From: Vicugna vicugna
Taxonomy: Eukaryota
Assembly: GCA_013265495.1 (NCBI GenBank)
Contig: MU058423.1
Coordinates: 2,929,061 to 2,993,060, forward strand
Length of the DNA stretch: 64,000 bases
Direction: 5' to 3'
The first letter of the stretch is position 1; each line of letters opens with the position of its first letter. Positions 54,629 through 64,000 of the stretch are shown here, piece after piece. The notes under the pieces are model-generated. The model saw nothing but the letters and a program-made list of their open reading frames with translations, had not been told where the DNA came from and did not search any database. A program made the translations under genes and the position numbers.

Positions 54629-54800
54629 GTTTGTTTGTTTAAGCTATCATTTTGGTGGGTGGGTGGGCAGGAGGGAGTTAATTAGGTTGGTTTGTTTGTT
54701 GTTTGTTTATTATTAATTTTTTTAATGGAGGTACTGAGTAGTGAACCCAGGACCTTATGTATGCTAAGCATGCACTCTACCGCTGAGCTATACCCTCCCT
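54629..54800 (-). mobile_element. tRNA-Ala-derived SINE with TSD AGATGGTGTTT, inserted in an L2
   Basis: tRNA-Ala(AGC)-like head; TSD at 54618-54628 and 54803-54813. Confidence 0.8.
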
Positions 54801-54881
54801 CTAGATGGTGTTTAAAACCATGGTGCTGCACGAGGTCATCAAAGGAATTACAATAGAAGAGGCTGGAAAGAAAAGGAGAGA

Positions 54882-54884
54882 GAT

Positions 54885-54918
<34 letters not shown>

Positions 54919-54960
54919 GAGAGATGATAGATAGACAGACAGACAGATGGATAATAGATG
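54882..54960. repeat. (GATA)n/(GACA)n microsatellite
   Basis: Directly visible. Confidence 0.9.
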
Positions 54961-57900
54961 TTCAGTGACAGCCCTGAGAAACTGCCAGATTTAGAACTCA
55001 AGGACATAAGGGGAAAAATCAGAAATCAATCAAGGGGACAGAGAAGGGACTACCAGGACCTTAAAAAAATAAGCCACCCAGAAGAGTTGGTGCCCTGAAA
55101 GCCAAGAGAAGAAAGCATTCCTAGCTGGTGAGAGTGATAATTGCTTTACCAAACGCGGGGGGATGAAATGCGATTGAGAATGAGAAATTACCACTGACTG
55201 AGCAAGAGCTTTTTTGGTAGAGTTGTGCAGATGACAGTTGGCTTGGAGTGGATTCAAGAGAGAAGCAAGAGTGGATTTAGAGACAGTGATTATAGACATT
55301 CCAAGAATTCAGTGGCTTCTGCTATAAAGGGGGGCAGTAAGACAGGGTGGCCGCTGGAGGGGGAAGTGACACTCAGGAGAAGTTGAGCTGCTTTTTTCTA
55401 TTTTTTAAGGTAGAAATAACAGCATATTTGATGATTGATAGGAATGATTCAGTAAACGGGAAGCATGGATGCCTCCAGAGAGAGGGAAGACTTGCTGACG
55501 TACATTGAGAAGGTGAGAAAAAGGGACAGGTCTAGTGCAGGTGGTCAGAGTGAAAGAGTTGGCGTTAGAGATTAGCCAAGACACTTCATCCAGTTCCTCA
55601 TTAAAATGATGTCATGCAGGACCATTTAGTGACTTAGAATGATGTTCCCATTATGTTTTATAAAAGCATATCTTAGAATATAAAAAAAGAATATATATAT
55701 AAATTTATAACTGAATCACCATGCTGTACACCAGAAACTAACACAACATTGTAAATCAACAATAATTCAATTTAAAAAAAGAAACATCATAAAACCATAA
55801 GAAGCACAACATTTACTGAGCACTCACTCTATGCTATGCATTTTGCAAAGCACTTTAAGCATTATCTTGCTTGACCCTCCCACCAATCCACCCTACCTCG
55901 TCAATCAGTTGATGGATCTTCTAACCTCTACCTTCAGCATGTTTTTCACATCCATGCCTTTCTATTTATCCCACTGCCGCCATGCCAGTGCAGTCCCTTT
56001 GTTAACCTCCTCCTTGACCTCTGTAAAATCCTCTAAACTGGTCTCCTTGCCCCCATCCCTTTGCTCTCAACTTTTGGCCAACCTCAACCTTATTTACTTT
56101 ATATTCATGCTAATTCACTCTCTGCTAGAAATCCTTCAGAGATTCTCCACTTAGTTGCTAGCTTTCCAACCTTGATTTCTGTCGTACCCCACACTTACTC
56201 CACATTCCAGCCACGTGGGCTACTTGCAATTCTCAGGAGCATTTGTATTTTCCACCTGTGGACTTTTCCTCGGGCTCCTGCCTCTATCCAGAAAGCTCTC
56301 TCCCTCCATCTCTGCCCACTGAAACTCTACTGATTATTCCAGAAGCAGGTCAAGTGCCAACTGTTCAAATGTGTTTTCTTTTTCTCCTGTCAACGTCTAT
56401 ATTGCCACTCCTGCATCATTTACCACACAGTAACCTTATGCCACCATTTATATGTCATTATTTGTGGACTTACTTTTTCTGCCTACCAATATTTGTGAAG
56501 CACCTATGACATGTCAAGGGTACACACTGGCACTTTACATGTGTTATCTAAATTAATTTAATCCTCACTACAGCCTTGTAAGATAGATGTTACCATCCCC
56601 ATTTTACAGATCAGGAATCTGAGGCTGGCAGAAGCTAATTAACTTGCTCAAAGTAGCATCCTTATTAAGTGGCAGATTCTTCACTCATTCAACACATTTT
56701 ATTCCAATCTGTGTCTACTAGATTCCTAAGCCCTAAGGGCCTTTCAATACAGACTGGGAAGTCCCTTTGGGGGCAATTAGCACCAGAGCCTCAGGACAAG
56801 ACAGATCTGGGGAAGGCAGATTTCTGCCCCTCTCTCTTGATTTAGATTCATTGTGCTATATCGGAAATGCTCCATGGCTCTCAGCCAGCACTTAGCCAGG
56901 GCTAGCACAGGGCAAAAGAAATGATTCAGGAAGACAAACACCACACTTGATGTTTAGTTCCACTGGTGACCCTGATTATTGTAAACCAGTGACAGGAACA
57001 CCAAGCCCTAGCACACATTTAGCAATCTAGAACTCTCAGCTCCCTCCTTCCGGATTCAGGCCTTCCCCTAAACCTCTCCATTTCCTGATTGGATCCAGGT
57101 GGATGCCTTCAATTTCAGAAAACAAGGCAGGAACAGCATTGTTGTCATTAGGGTCAGCCTTGGCCTGATAAGAGTCCGTGCCATTAATACCCAACAAAGA
57201 CTCACAAGAAATTCATATGAAGATTAAGAACAGGGAAGGGCTAGTCTACCCTGAATTGGTTTTTCACCATTTAGGGTGAGAAGCCCCCAAAACTTGTTGG
57301 GTCAGTTCACATTGCCAAACTAGGAATATTATAATAACGGGTTGATTCTCTTCCTTATTGTTTTAGAGTCAAGGGTGTTGAGCGGCCGCTGTTTGCTCAA
57401 GGAGAGTGCAAATAGGACTTGCCGACCTCTGTGGCCAAGGAACATGATTGCTAAGCCACTTTCACTCGTGCTTGGGGTGTGGATCTCATGCAGAGTACTT
57501 CATCCAGTTCCTCTGGATGGGAAAGGGGGTTAGATGACTCTCATTGTGTTTCATTTTTCTCTTTCAATCCTTTTTTGAGCTAGGTGTTACTGAAGTATCC
57601 ATTCTACAGATCCAAAAATTGAGTGGTAAGTAATAGGCAGGGACCTGAACCCTGGTATGTTGAGTCCCACAGCTTTCCACTGTCCTTAGCTCACGCTCTG
57701 TGGCAAGGCCTTTTGCTTAGGCAAGGATCAGTCATTTAAAAATGACTAAAGGCCAAATTTGTCCACAAGATAAGAGTTCTCAAGTATCAGTCTTCTTCTG
57801 CCCCTCCTAAGCAAGATGATACAATGTGTTTAATTTCTTAAATATCTCATATTTTCCATAATGGACAAAGATCTCAACCAGCAGTTGTAGTTGAACTGTA

Positions 57901-59426
57901 AGATTCTTACCTTCCACTCGGGAGACTCCCATGTTGGATTCTCAGGCAAGAGGGCTTGCTAGATGGAACTGTTTATCTCGACTGGTTAGACCACAGGCCA
58001 CCAAGGCCAGTAAGCCACAGTCACTGACAAAATTATCAGTTCCCAGCCATCTTTAAAACAGGTCGTAGAGTGGCTGAGTCGAAATGTGGATGGCTCAGGG
58101 CAGATCATCGCTGGGACTGATACAAGTTGCCCAAATTCCCACTGACTGAGGTCACTTGTTCATATACATGAATGAAATCAAATATCTTTATTCACACAAA
58201 AATTCTCTCCTCTCCCCTACCCTCTCACTTCTTCATGATCTGTTATATTGTAGGCAGTCTAATGCCTAGAATACCTTCACAATAATGTATTCCCTTGTAT
58301 TTCCATATGGCATGGAGTTGTTGTTGCTAATCAGTAGTTAACAATGACAACTTATAAAAAATATTTCAGCCTCTCAAAACGTTAGCCAAGTATGACATTT
58401 TGGATTAACTGTACAGTGCTAGACTCAATGTATTATAAAGTATTTCACATTTCACATAGATAACAGAACAACTTTTATTTTGCCTTCCTCCATGCAGTTC
58501 TTGTAAACATGTTGCTGCCTCTGCCATATGTTTTTAAAAAAGTTACTCAGAGCACAACCAATTATTATTTCAATACTATAGAAACTATTTTTTGTACTTT
58601 TTCATACCTTTTTTGTATCCCTCCAAAATAATGTTCAAAAGGCATTTTTGGTTCAAAGACATTCACTATCTATTCTCTGAATTATGTTGGCAACATTTCA
58701 GAAACACCTTGAAGACGACTTACGATATATGTCAACAAAAGTCCAGAGAAGGAAAATAGGAATTGGCAGAAAGTGAGATATTACAGAACTCAAATTCTGG
58801 TCAAAGGTGGGTCATGCACTGTCAGATACACTAAACAAAGAACACTTGGGGAGGCAAACTATAAAGAGGGTCCACATTTAGCAGCCCACAAGGTAACTGG
58901 ATGTTTAATACCGAGAGGAGAGTGACGAGGGGATCCTTCAGTCCCTCTCCTACACCTTCCACCTTCACACACCTTCTTTGAAGCCATGATAAAATCACAA
59001 GGAATCCTACTTCAATCCATTACTTTCTTTTCACCTTTCAAACTCCTTTCTTACCCCACTTCTCCCCTTTCCCACTTTCTATTTTGCCCCTCTGTACACA
59101 ACCTTTCGCTTTCAACCACCCATCCCAGCTGTCTTCTTCTCTCATTCCCGAGTCCAGGGACTCGGGTCCCTCCTGGCCTCCTCGGAGCTAGGACCTTTCC
59201 CCTGAGCTCAGCAGCCCAAGCTGTGAGGATGATCTATTTGGTGAGTCCTTCAGTGGGTTGGCCTCTCCATGATGCCAGTCTGCTTCTCTTCCACCCCCTC
59301 ATCCCCCATTCCCAAAGAAACCCAAACTCCGTGGCCTCTGAAACTGTCTGCGTCTGGGCCCCCAGTGTCTCCGCCGGGATCTGAGATTTTTCTGACTAAG
59401 TGGGGTCGGGTCGGGGAGGACAGTAC

Positions 59427-59579
59427 CTCTTTGCAGGCGTGAAGCTCCGGTCCCGCTCCTTGAGTCACCTGGAAGACGGTCCCAATCCAGAGCAGCAGCC
59501 GCAGAAGCCGGAGTGTGCGCCGCTCAGTTCTCCCCCTGCCTCTGGCAGAGGGATGAAGGCTGTGCCCACGCTCACCCAT
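59427..59579 (-). CDS. ELAPOR1: ELAPOR1 coding exon 1 (signal peptide) MGERGHSL...GPELHACKE
   Basis: ATG at 59579; donor GAG|GTACTG; 153 nt. Confidence 0.95.
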
Positions 59580-59777
59580 AGTGTTGCTCTGAGCGAGAGG
59601 CAGCAGCGGCTCAGGTGCTGCGGCTGCAGCTACTGCTGGCAGAAGGCGGAAAAAAAGGGGAGGGAGGTTCACAGGGGGAGGATGCAAGGGGCTGGGCTCG
59701 CTTCAGTCACCTCCCTGCGGCTACGCCAAGGCCGCCCATCCTTCCTCCTCCCTCCTTCCTCTTCTCCTTCAACCCAC

Positions 59778-59791
59778 GTCGCCTTGGCAAC
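59778..59791. promoter_or_regulatory. RFX X-box GTCGCCTTGGCAAC upstream of ELAPOR1
   Basis: X-box consensus match ~200 nt upstream of the ELAPOR1 ATG. Confidence 0.5.
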
Positions 59792-60699
59792 CGCCTCCTC
59801 TTTCCCTCCGCGCGGGTGGGGCAGGGACCACGCGCTCGGCTGCCGCTCACCTGCCTGTCGTCATGGCAGCCGCTGCCGCTGGCGCACGCCGCGTGGGAAG
59901 GCGCGCGCGCAGGGTCTGCAACCGTCCCAACAGGCGCGCACGGGGCTCGTGTAAAGAACGCGGTGGAAACAACCTCCAAGTCATTACCACCAAATTCGTG
60001 TTTTCCACTGCTCTTTCGGGTCATCGGCTACTTATGCACACCTCTAACTTTGCAGATGTGGCGTTCGACAAATACTAATATCGATGGTAAAATGCCGAGC
60101 GAGAGGCTCTTAGGAGGGATGAGAGGCCCGCGCAGCCGCACACAACTTTGCACGCGGAGGATCCCGGGTCCCAGTGGTTTGGAACGCCCAATTTCAGATC
60201 GATGCCCATCTTTCATTGATAGAAACATGGCTGAGATGCCGTCTCTCCTCCAGAGGCTATATTCTGGAAGACTGGCCCCAGTAGGTGTTACCTACTGCGA
60301 CAGCCGCTTCTGGAGATCTTACCTCCATCCCGCCAAATCCATCTGTGTCTTTACAAACCAGCTCTATGCAAAGCCTTGTGTAGTAGACGCCGAGTTTAGG
60401 CAAGGAGGGTTTGCCTTAGCCGGCAATTTTCCAAGCACAACAGCTGGACTCTGCTGTCTCTTGACATTCCCATTCTCTCATGGTTCTGAGAAATCCTTTC
60501 GTTAGATGCCAGGAAGGAGGACATTTTGGGGCCACATTTTAGGGCTTCTCTCCTCACTTGAAGTGTTTTGCTGAAGTCCTGTAGATGGGAGGCCGGCGTC
60601 TTTCACCGCAGGCTCACGAGTGCAAATCCAGGGCTCCCCAGCGGCGCTTTCGCTCTGCGTTTCCAGTAGCTTCTTCCGGAGGGGGCCTCCTGCATTGGA

Positions 60700-60713
60700 C
60701 CGCCAGGTGGCGC
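60700..60713 (+). promoter_or_regulatory. CTCF core motif CCGCCAGGTGGCGC
   Basis: Close match to the CTCF core consensus CC(A/G)(C/G)(C/T)AG(A/G)(G/T)GGC(A/G)(C/G). Confidence 0.6.
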
Positions 60714-60755
60714 CCTTCTCGGAGGGAATTCACCTCAGTAATAGACGGTGGGGCA

Positions 60756-60768
60756 GTTGCCTGGCAAC
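60756..60768. promoter_or_regulatory. RFX X-box GTTGCCTGGCAAC upstream of CFAP276
   Basis: Palindromic X-box consensus ~104 nt before the ATG of a ciliary gene. Confidence 0.65.
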
Positions 60769-60871
60769 TGAAGTTGGGCGTTCCAAACAATTGGGACCCG
60801 GGATCCAAAGCAGTGTGCGGTTGCGCGGGCCTCTCATCCCTCTCAAGAGCCTCTCTCTCGGCATTTTACCA

Positions 60872-60952
60872 ATGTCTGTCACGCGAGACCCTTTCCAGCA
60901 CCCTACGTTGGATAACGATGACTCCTACTTGGGAAAACCGCTGGCTTCCAAG
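60872..60952 (+). CDS. CFAP276: CFAP276/C1orf194 first coding exon MSVTRDPFQHPTLDNDDSYLGKPLASK
   Basis: Matches recalled human C1orf194 N-terminus (MPPTRDPFQQPTLDNDDSYLG...ASK); donor AAG|GTACTG; head-to-head with ELAPOR1 as in human; later exons not seen in window. Confidence 0.88.
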
Positions 60953-61514
60953 GTACTGAGGATTCTTGCGTAGATTCCCAGCAGGGTCGACGGCACCCTT
61001 CTTTCTGTCGGCGTGACAGTAACTTAAAGGACTCTGATGAGGACACTGAGTCAGCTTTCTGCCTGCCCCCATGTCCCCACATTCAGGTCTGCCAATGTTT
61101 CAGAGGTGCATTTGAGCAGAAGAAAGTAGAGCTTTAGTCCAGAGGAACACCGGGCACTCACAGCTCAAAGCAATGATTGGCATAATGGGACTTACACAGG
61201 GCCCAAATTCCTCCAAGCCACCCTCTCCTATTTGGAAAATTGTTCTCTGAAGAGATATGAAATATGGAGCGGAAGAGAATCCTCTAAAAGCCACCAGGGC
61301 AGGGTTTATACATCTTTCTTCACACTGTCTCTGTCTTCTGATTCATGCTGGCATGTGTTTGTGTATATATACGTGTTTAAAGATGGTGGCCAGTGATTCG
61401 GAAACTTAGATGATCTTTTTTTCTGGTAGAAGTAGTTGAAATGTTTGAAGTGATGCAAAATAAGGTGAATTAGATGGTAATTGTAGATTAATAACAAAAT
61501 CAAAGAGCTCCCTT

Positions 61515-63100
61515 TTGTTTATTCAACATTTATTATTTACCATATGCCAGACATCTGCTAAACACTGAGGATGTACAGATAAATTAGATGTAACTCCTAT
61601 TCTCAGGGAACTCCAGTACAAAAGCCAGCTGACAACAGCAACAGCAAAAGCGCTTGCACAATAACACATGTGTCATGACAGTTATATGTAAGTGTCATGG
61701 GAAATGGGAGCTTAAAGGAAAGCTTCCCAGAGCAGGTGAGTTTTGACAACCAAATGTGAGTTAGCTGGACCAGGGGAGGGAGGAGGTGGAATGTGAGTTA
61801 GGAGGGAGGAAGCAGGAAATGGACATTCACAGCAAAGGGAGCAGCAGGTGCATATACCTGGAGAGGAGAATGAGGGTGGCCTCTTGGGGACAAGGGCTCC
61901 AAAGTGGCTGAAGTGTTGGTGTGAAATGGAGAAGTGGCGAGGGCGGAAGCTGGAGAAGTGAACTTGTTGGCCTGGGTGTGCTGTGTACACCATGCTAGTG
62001 AACTAGGTTTCCATCCTGGAAGCACTGGAGAATCATCTTGGGACATTCAAGTACGGGAGTCATGTACTTGATGGGTGTTGTAAAAAGCACAGGTGGCAGT
62101 GGCTTGGATAAGAGGTTAGTGGGGACAAGAGGGGTCAGCTAGGAGGCTTGTGCAGCAACCTCCAGGAGAAGTAAGGAATCTAAAGCAGTGACACAGGGGA
62201 TCGCAATAAGATGAAAAAGGCAGGACTGACAGGACTTTGACTGGATATGGGCCAGGAGAGGGGACGAGCCTAGGGTAGCTTCTAGGTTTCTGAGGGCTTA
62301 ATTGATACCATCTACTGAATGAGGCATCAAGGGAAAACAAATTTGGGGAGAAAGATGTTGAGATCAATTATGTAGCTGTTGCTTTTGTGGAGTCTGTAGG
62401 ACATTTACATGGAGATGAATAGTAGGCAACATGGTTGAGAGTTGTGGGTTGAAGACACAATATTCATAAGGTAGTTGAAGCTTGAGGAGGGAATGAGCTC
62501 ATCCAGTGAAGGTGAGTCAGCAAAGCAGAAACGAAACCCCTGGAGAATAGCACTAAGGGGCAGAGAGAGAAAGAAGAGCTGAGAAAGAAGCTGAGAAGTA
62601 ACAACCAGAGGCAGGAGGAAAACCAGGAGGAGCTGGACCCACATAGGATGGAGAGAACATTTCATGGAATCAGAGTCATGGTGCCAGAAACCACAGAGGT
62701 CAAATAAGATCGGCTCTGGAAAGGATACACCTGACCTAGCCACAAAGATTATTGGTCACTAGCAGGAGCAGTTTCAGTGGGTGCTTGAGGCACAGGGCAG
62801 CCTGCAGTGGGCTGAAGAGTGGGTATGAATGGGGAGGAAGTGGAAGTAGGAAGTGTTGACTCTTAAAGAAGCGTGGCTCAGTAGGGAAGGTCATAGAGTG
62901 GTACCTAGACCACTATAAAAAAAAGGAATGAGGGAGAGGATGGGGACGGGGAAGCCAGGATAGTGCAGGTCCTGGGAAGGGTTGGGTTCAGAGAAGAAGG
63001 ATTATTCTTGAATAAAAGGGACTTCCCTTTCTCTGAGATGGAAGGATAAAGGATGTTAAGGTGGCACTCATGCTTGACAGGCTTGACTTCCTCAGTGAAA
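61515..63100 (-). mobile_element. L2 element in CFAP276 intron 1
   Basis: TTTATTCAACATTTATT...ATGCCAG start and GGAGCAGTTTCAGTGG...GGGCTGAAGAG motifs; boundaries approximate. Confidence 0.55.
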
Positions 63101-64000
63101 GGCAATCTTCCTCTTCTGCTCAGAAAGACGATGAGGCTGACATAGCCTTCTAGGGATGGGAGGAGAGCTGCCTAGGCTTGCATCATATATATTTGTAGTT
63201 TTCTCATTTCATTTTAATCTTTTTTGGTGATAGCATAGTGCCTGGTCCATACTCTTCAATTAATGCCTTGTTGAGCTGAGTCATGCAGCACTTTGTCATA
63301 CACAGGGAGAGAGAGGGTACCAGCACTGGAAGGTAGAATGAGATTTCTACTAGATTATAGTAGTAGACTGGAATTCAGTCATTGATTCAACCAGTATTTC
63401 ATTTTAGAACACAACGTTAGGTCACTGTGCTGGGTACTTGGGATACAGTGGTGAACAATACGGCGTTGTACGTGTCATGAAGAAATCGGTTTTGCACTTT
63501 TTGTATTCATACTTGTGGGGTTTTATTGAGGACTGAATGTCCAATGAAGTTTTTGACATTCCTGAAGGCACAATGACCCTTCCTTGCTTACAGAAAAAAT
63601 GTCCTCACTTGATTCTCTTGTCTGATTGCTTCTTGTGTCCTTCCTTCACCCCCACCCCAGTTATAATATTGTGCAGTCCACATGAAGCACCCCTTCCTTT
63701 TCAGTCAGACTCCTTTCTGCAGGCTTCCACCACTCCTTCATGTACACAACCCCAGATCTATTACTTGTTCTGAGTTCTCCTCCAACAGCTGACACTTCCA
63801 GTTTCCTACCTGTTAATTGCATCAGGACGTCTCACCTCTTCTTCAGTCAGGACTTCTAAATCTGAGCTCATTATCTTGCCTTTCTGCTCCTGACTCTTCA
63901 CCCCTTGTACCTCTTCACCCCTTTTCCTGTATTCCTGGCCCATTCCTGTCAGTTCTAAGACTGAACACTTAGGAGGATCAAAAGCCTGGGAGTCTTGCCC

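Larger units (their letters stand above)
53685..55600 (-). mobile_element. L2 element (interrupted by SINE and microsatellite)
   Basis: TTTATTGAGCACCCACAATGTGCCAG start and typical L2 internal motifs; boundaries approximate. Confidence 0.65.
934..59579 (-). other. ELAPOR1: ELAPOR1/KIAA1324 gene span (coding exons 1-21; last exon outside window); type I membrane protein with cysteine-rich ectodomain
   Basis: 21 exons with GT-AG boundaries join in frame to 991 codons matching the recalled human KIAA1324 protein; the C-terminal ~22 aa (RTPDGFDS...) were not found in 1-933. Confidence 0.97.
60085..60871. repeat. Inverted repeat: arms 60085-60197 and 60768-60871, 570-bp spacer
   Basis: Manual alignment: 104 aligned bases, 9 mismatches, one 9-nt indel. 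Confidence 0.92.
59400..60950. promoter_or_regulatory. CpG-rich bidirectional promoter region ELAPOR1(-)/CFAP276(+)
   Basis: High GC and CpG density around both first exons; the two ATGs are ~1.3 kb apart and divergent. Confidence 0.85.

Noticed and set aside
54727..54800. Possible tRNA-Ala gene (also near 1430-1500)
   Set aside because: Mutated arms, A-rich SINE tail and TSD indicate SINE copies rather than functional tRNAs
59580..59687. 36-aa N-terminal extension of ELAPOR1
   Set aside because: Begins at TTG; the ATG at 59579 matches the known start and gives the expected protein length
60028..60228. ORF whose translation resembles part of ORF 60620-60973 (RLRGPLIP.KSLSLGILP)
   Set aside because: The similarity comes from the non-coding inverted repeat; the matching part is upstream of the true CFAP276 ATG
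59615..60505. 296-aa plus-strand ORF, the longest in the track
   Set aside because: Non-ATG start, lies in GC-rich promoter DNA where stops are rare, and resembles no family I recognise
1..64000. Prokaryote-type systems (CRISPR arrays, operons, defence islands)
   Set aside because: The sequence is spliced mammalian genomic DNA; no regularly spaced repeat arrays were seen

Overview
Mammalian genomic DNA, probably camelid (judged from tRNA-Ala-derived vic-1-like SINEs). The window is dominated by ELAPOR1 (KIAA1324/EIG121) on the minus strand. I traced 21 coding exons from the ATG at 59579 down to 934. All introns are GT-AG and the phases are consistent, giving 2973 nt (991 codons); the short last exon lies left of the window. 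CFAP276 (C1orf194) starts head-to-head on the plus strand, with its first coding exon at 60872-60952. Introns hold the usual MIR, L2, L1, MLT1 and DNA-transposon relics. Non-routine observations: (1) a ~91%-identical inverted copy of exactly the CFAP276 5' leader lies in the shared promoter and brackets a 570-bp spacer with a CTCF motif and an RFX X-box; (2) a semi-processed LSM5 retrocopy (exon 1 + retained intron-like segment + spliced last exons, with TSDs) sits in ELAPOR1 intron 13; (3) a 5'-inverted L1 inserted at the same nick as that retrocopy; (4) an open intron-7 read-through could encode a secreted ELAPOR1 ectodomain and was shortened by an L1 tail. No database searches were run; homolog identifications rely on recalled protein sequences.
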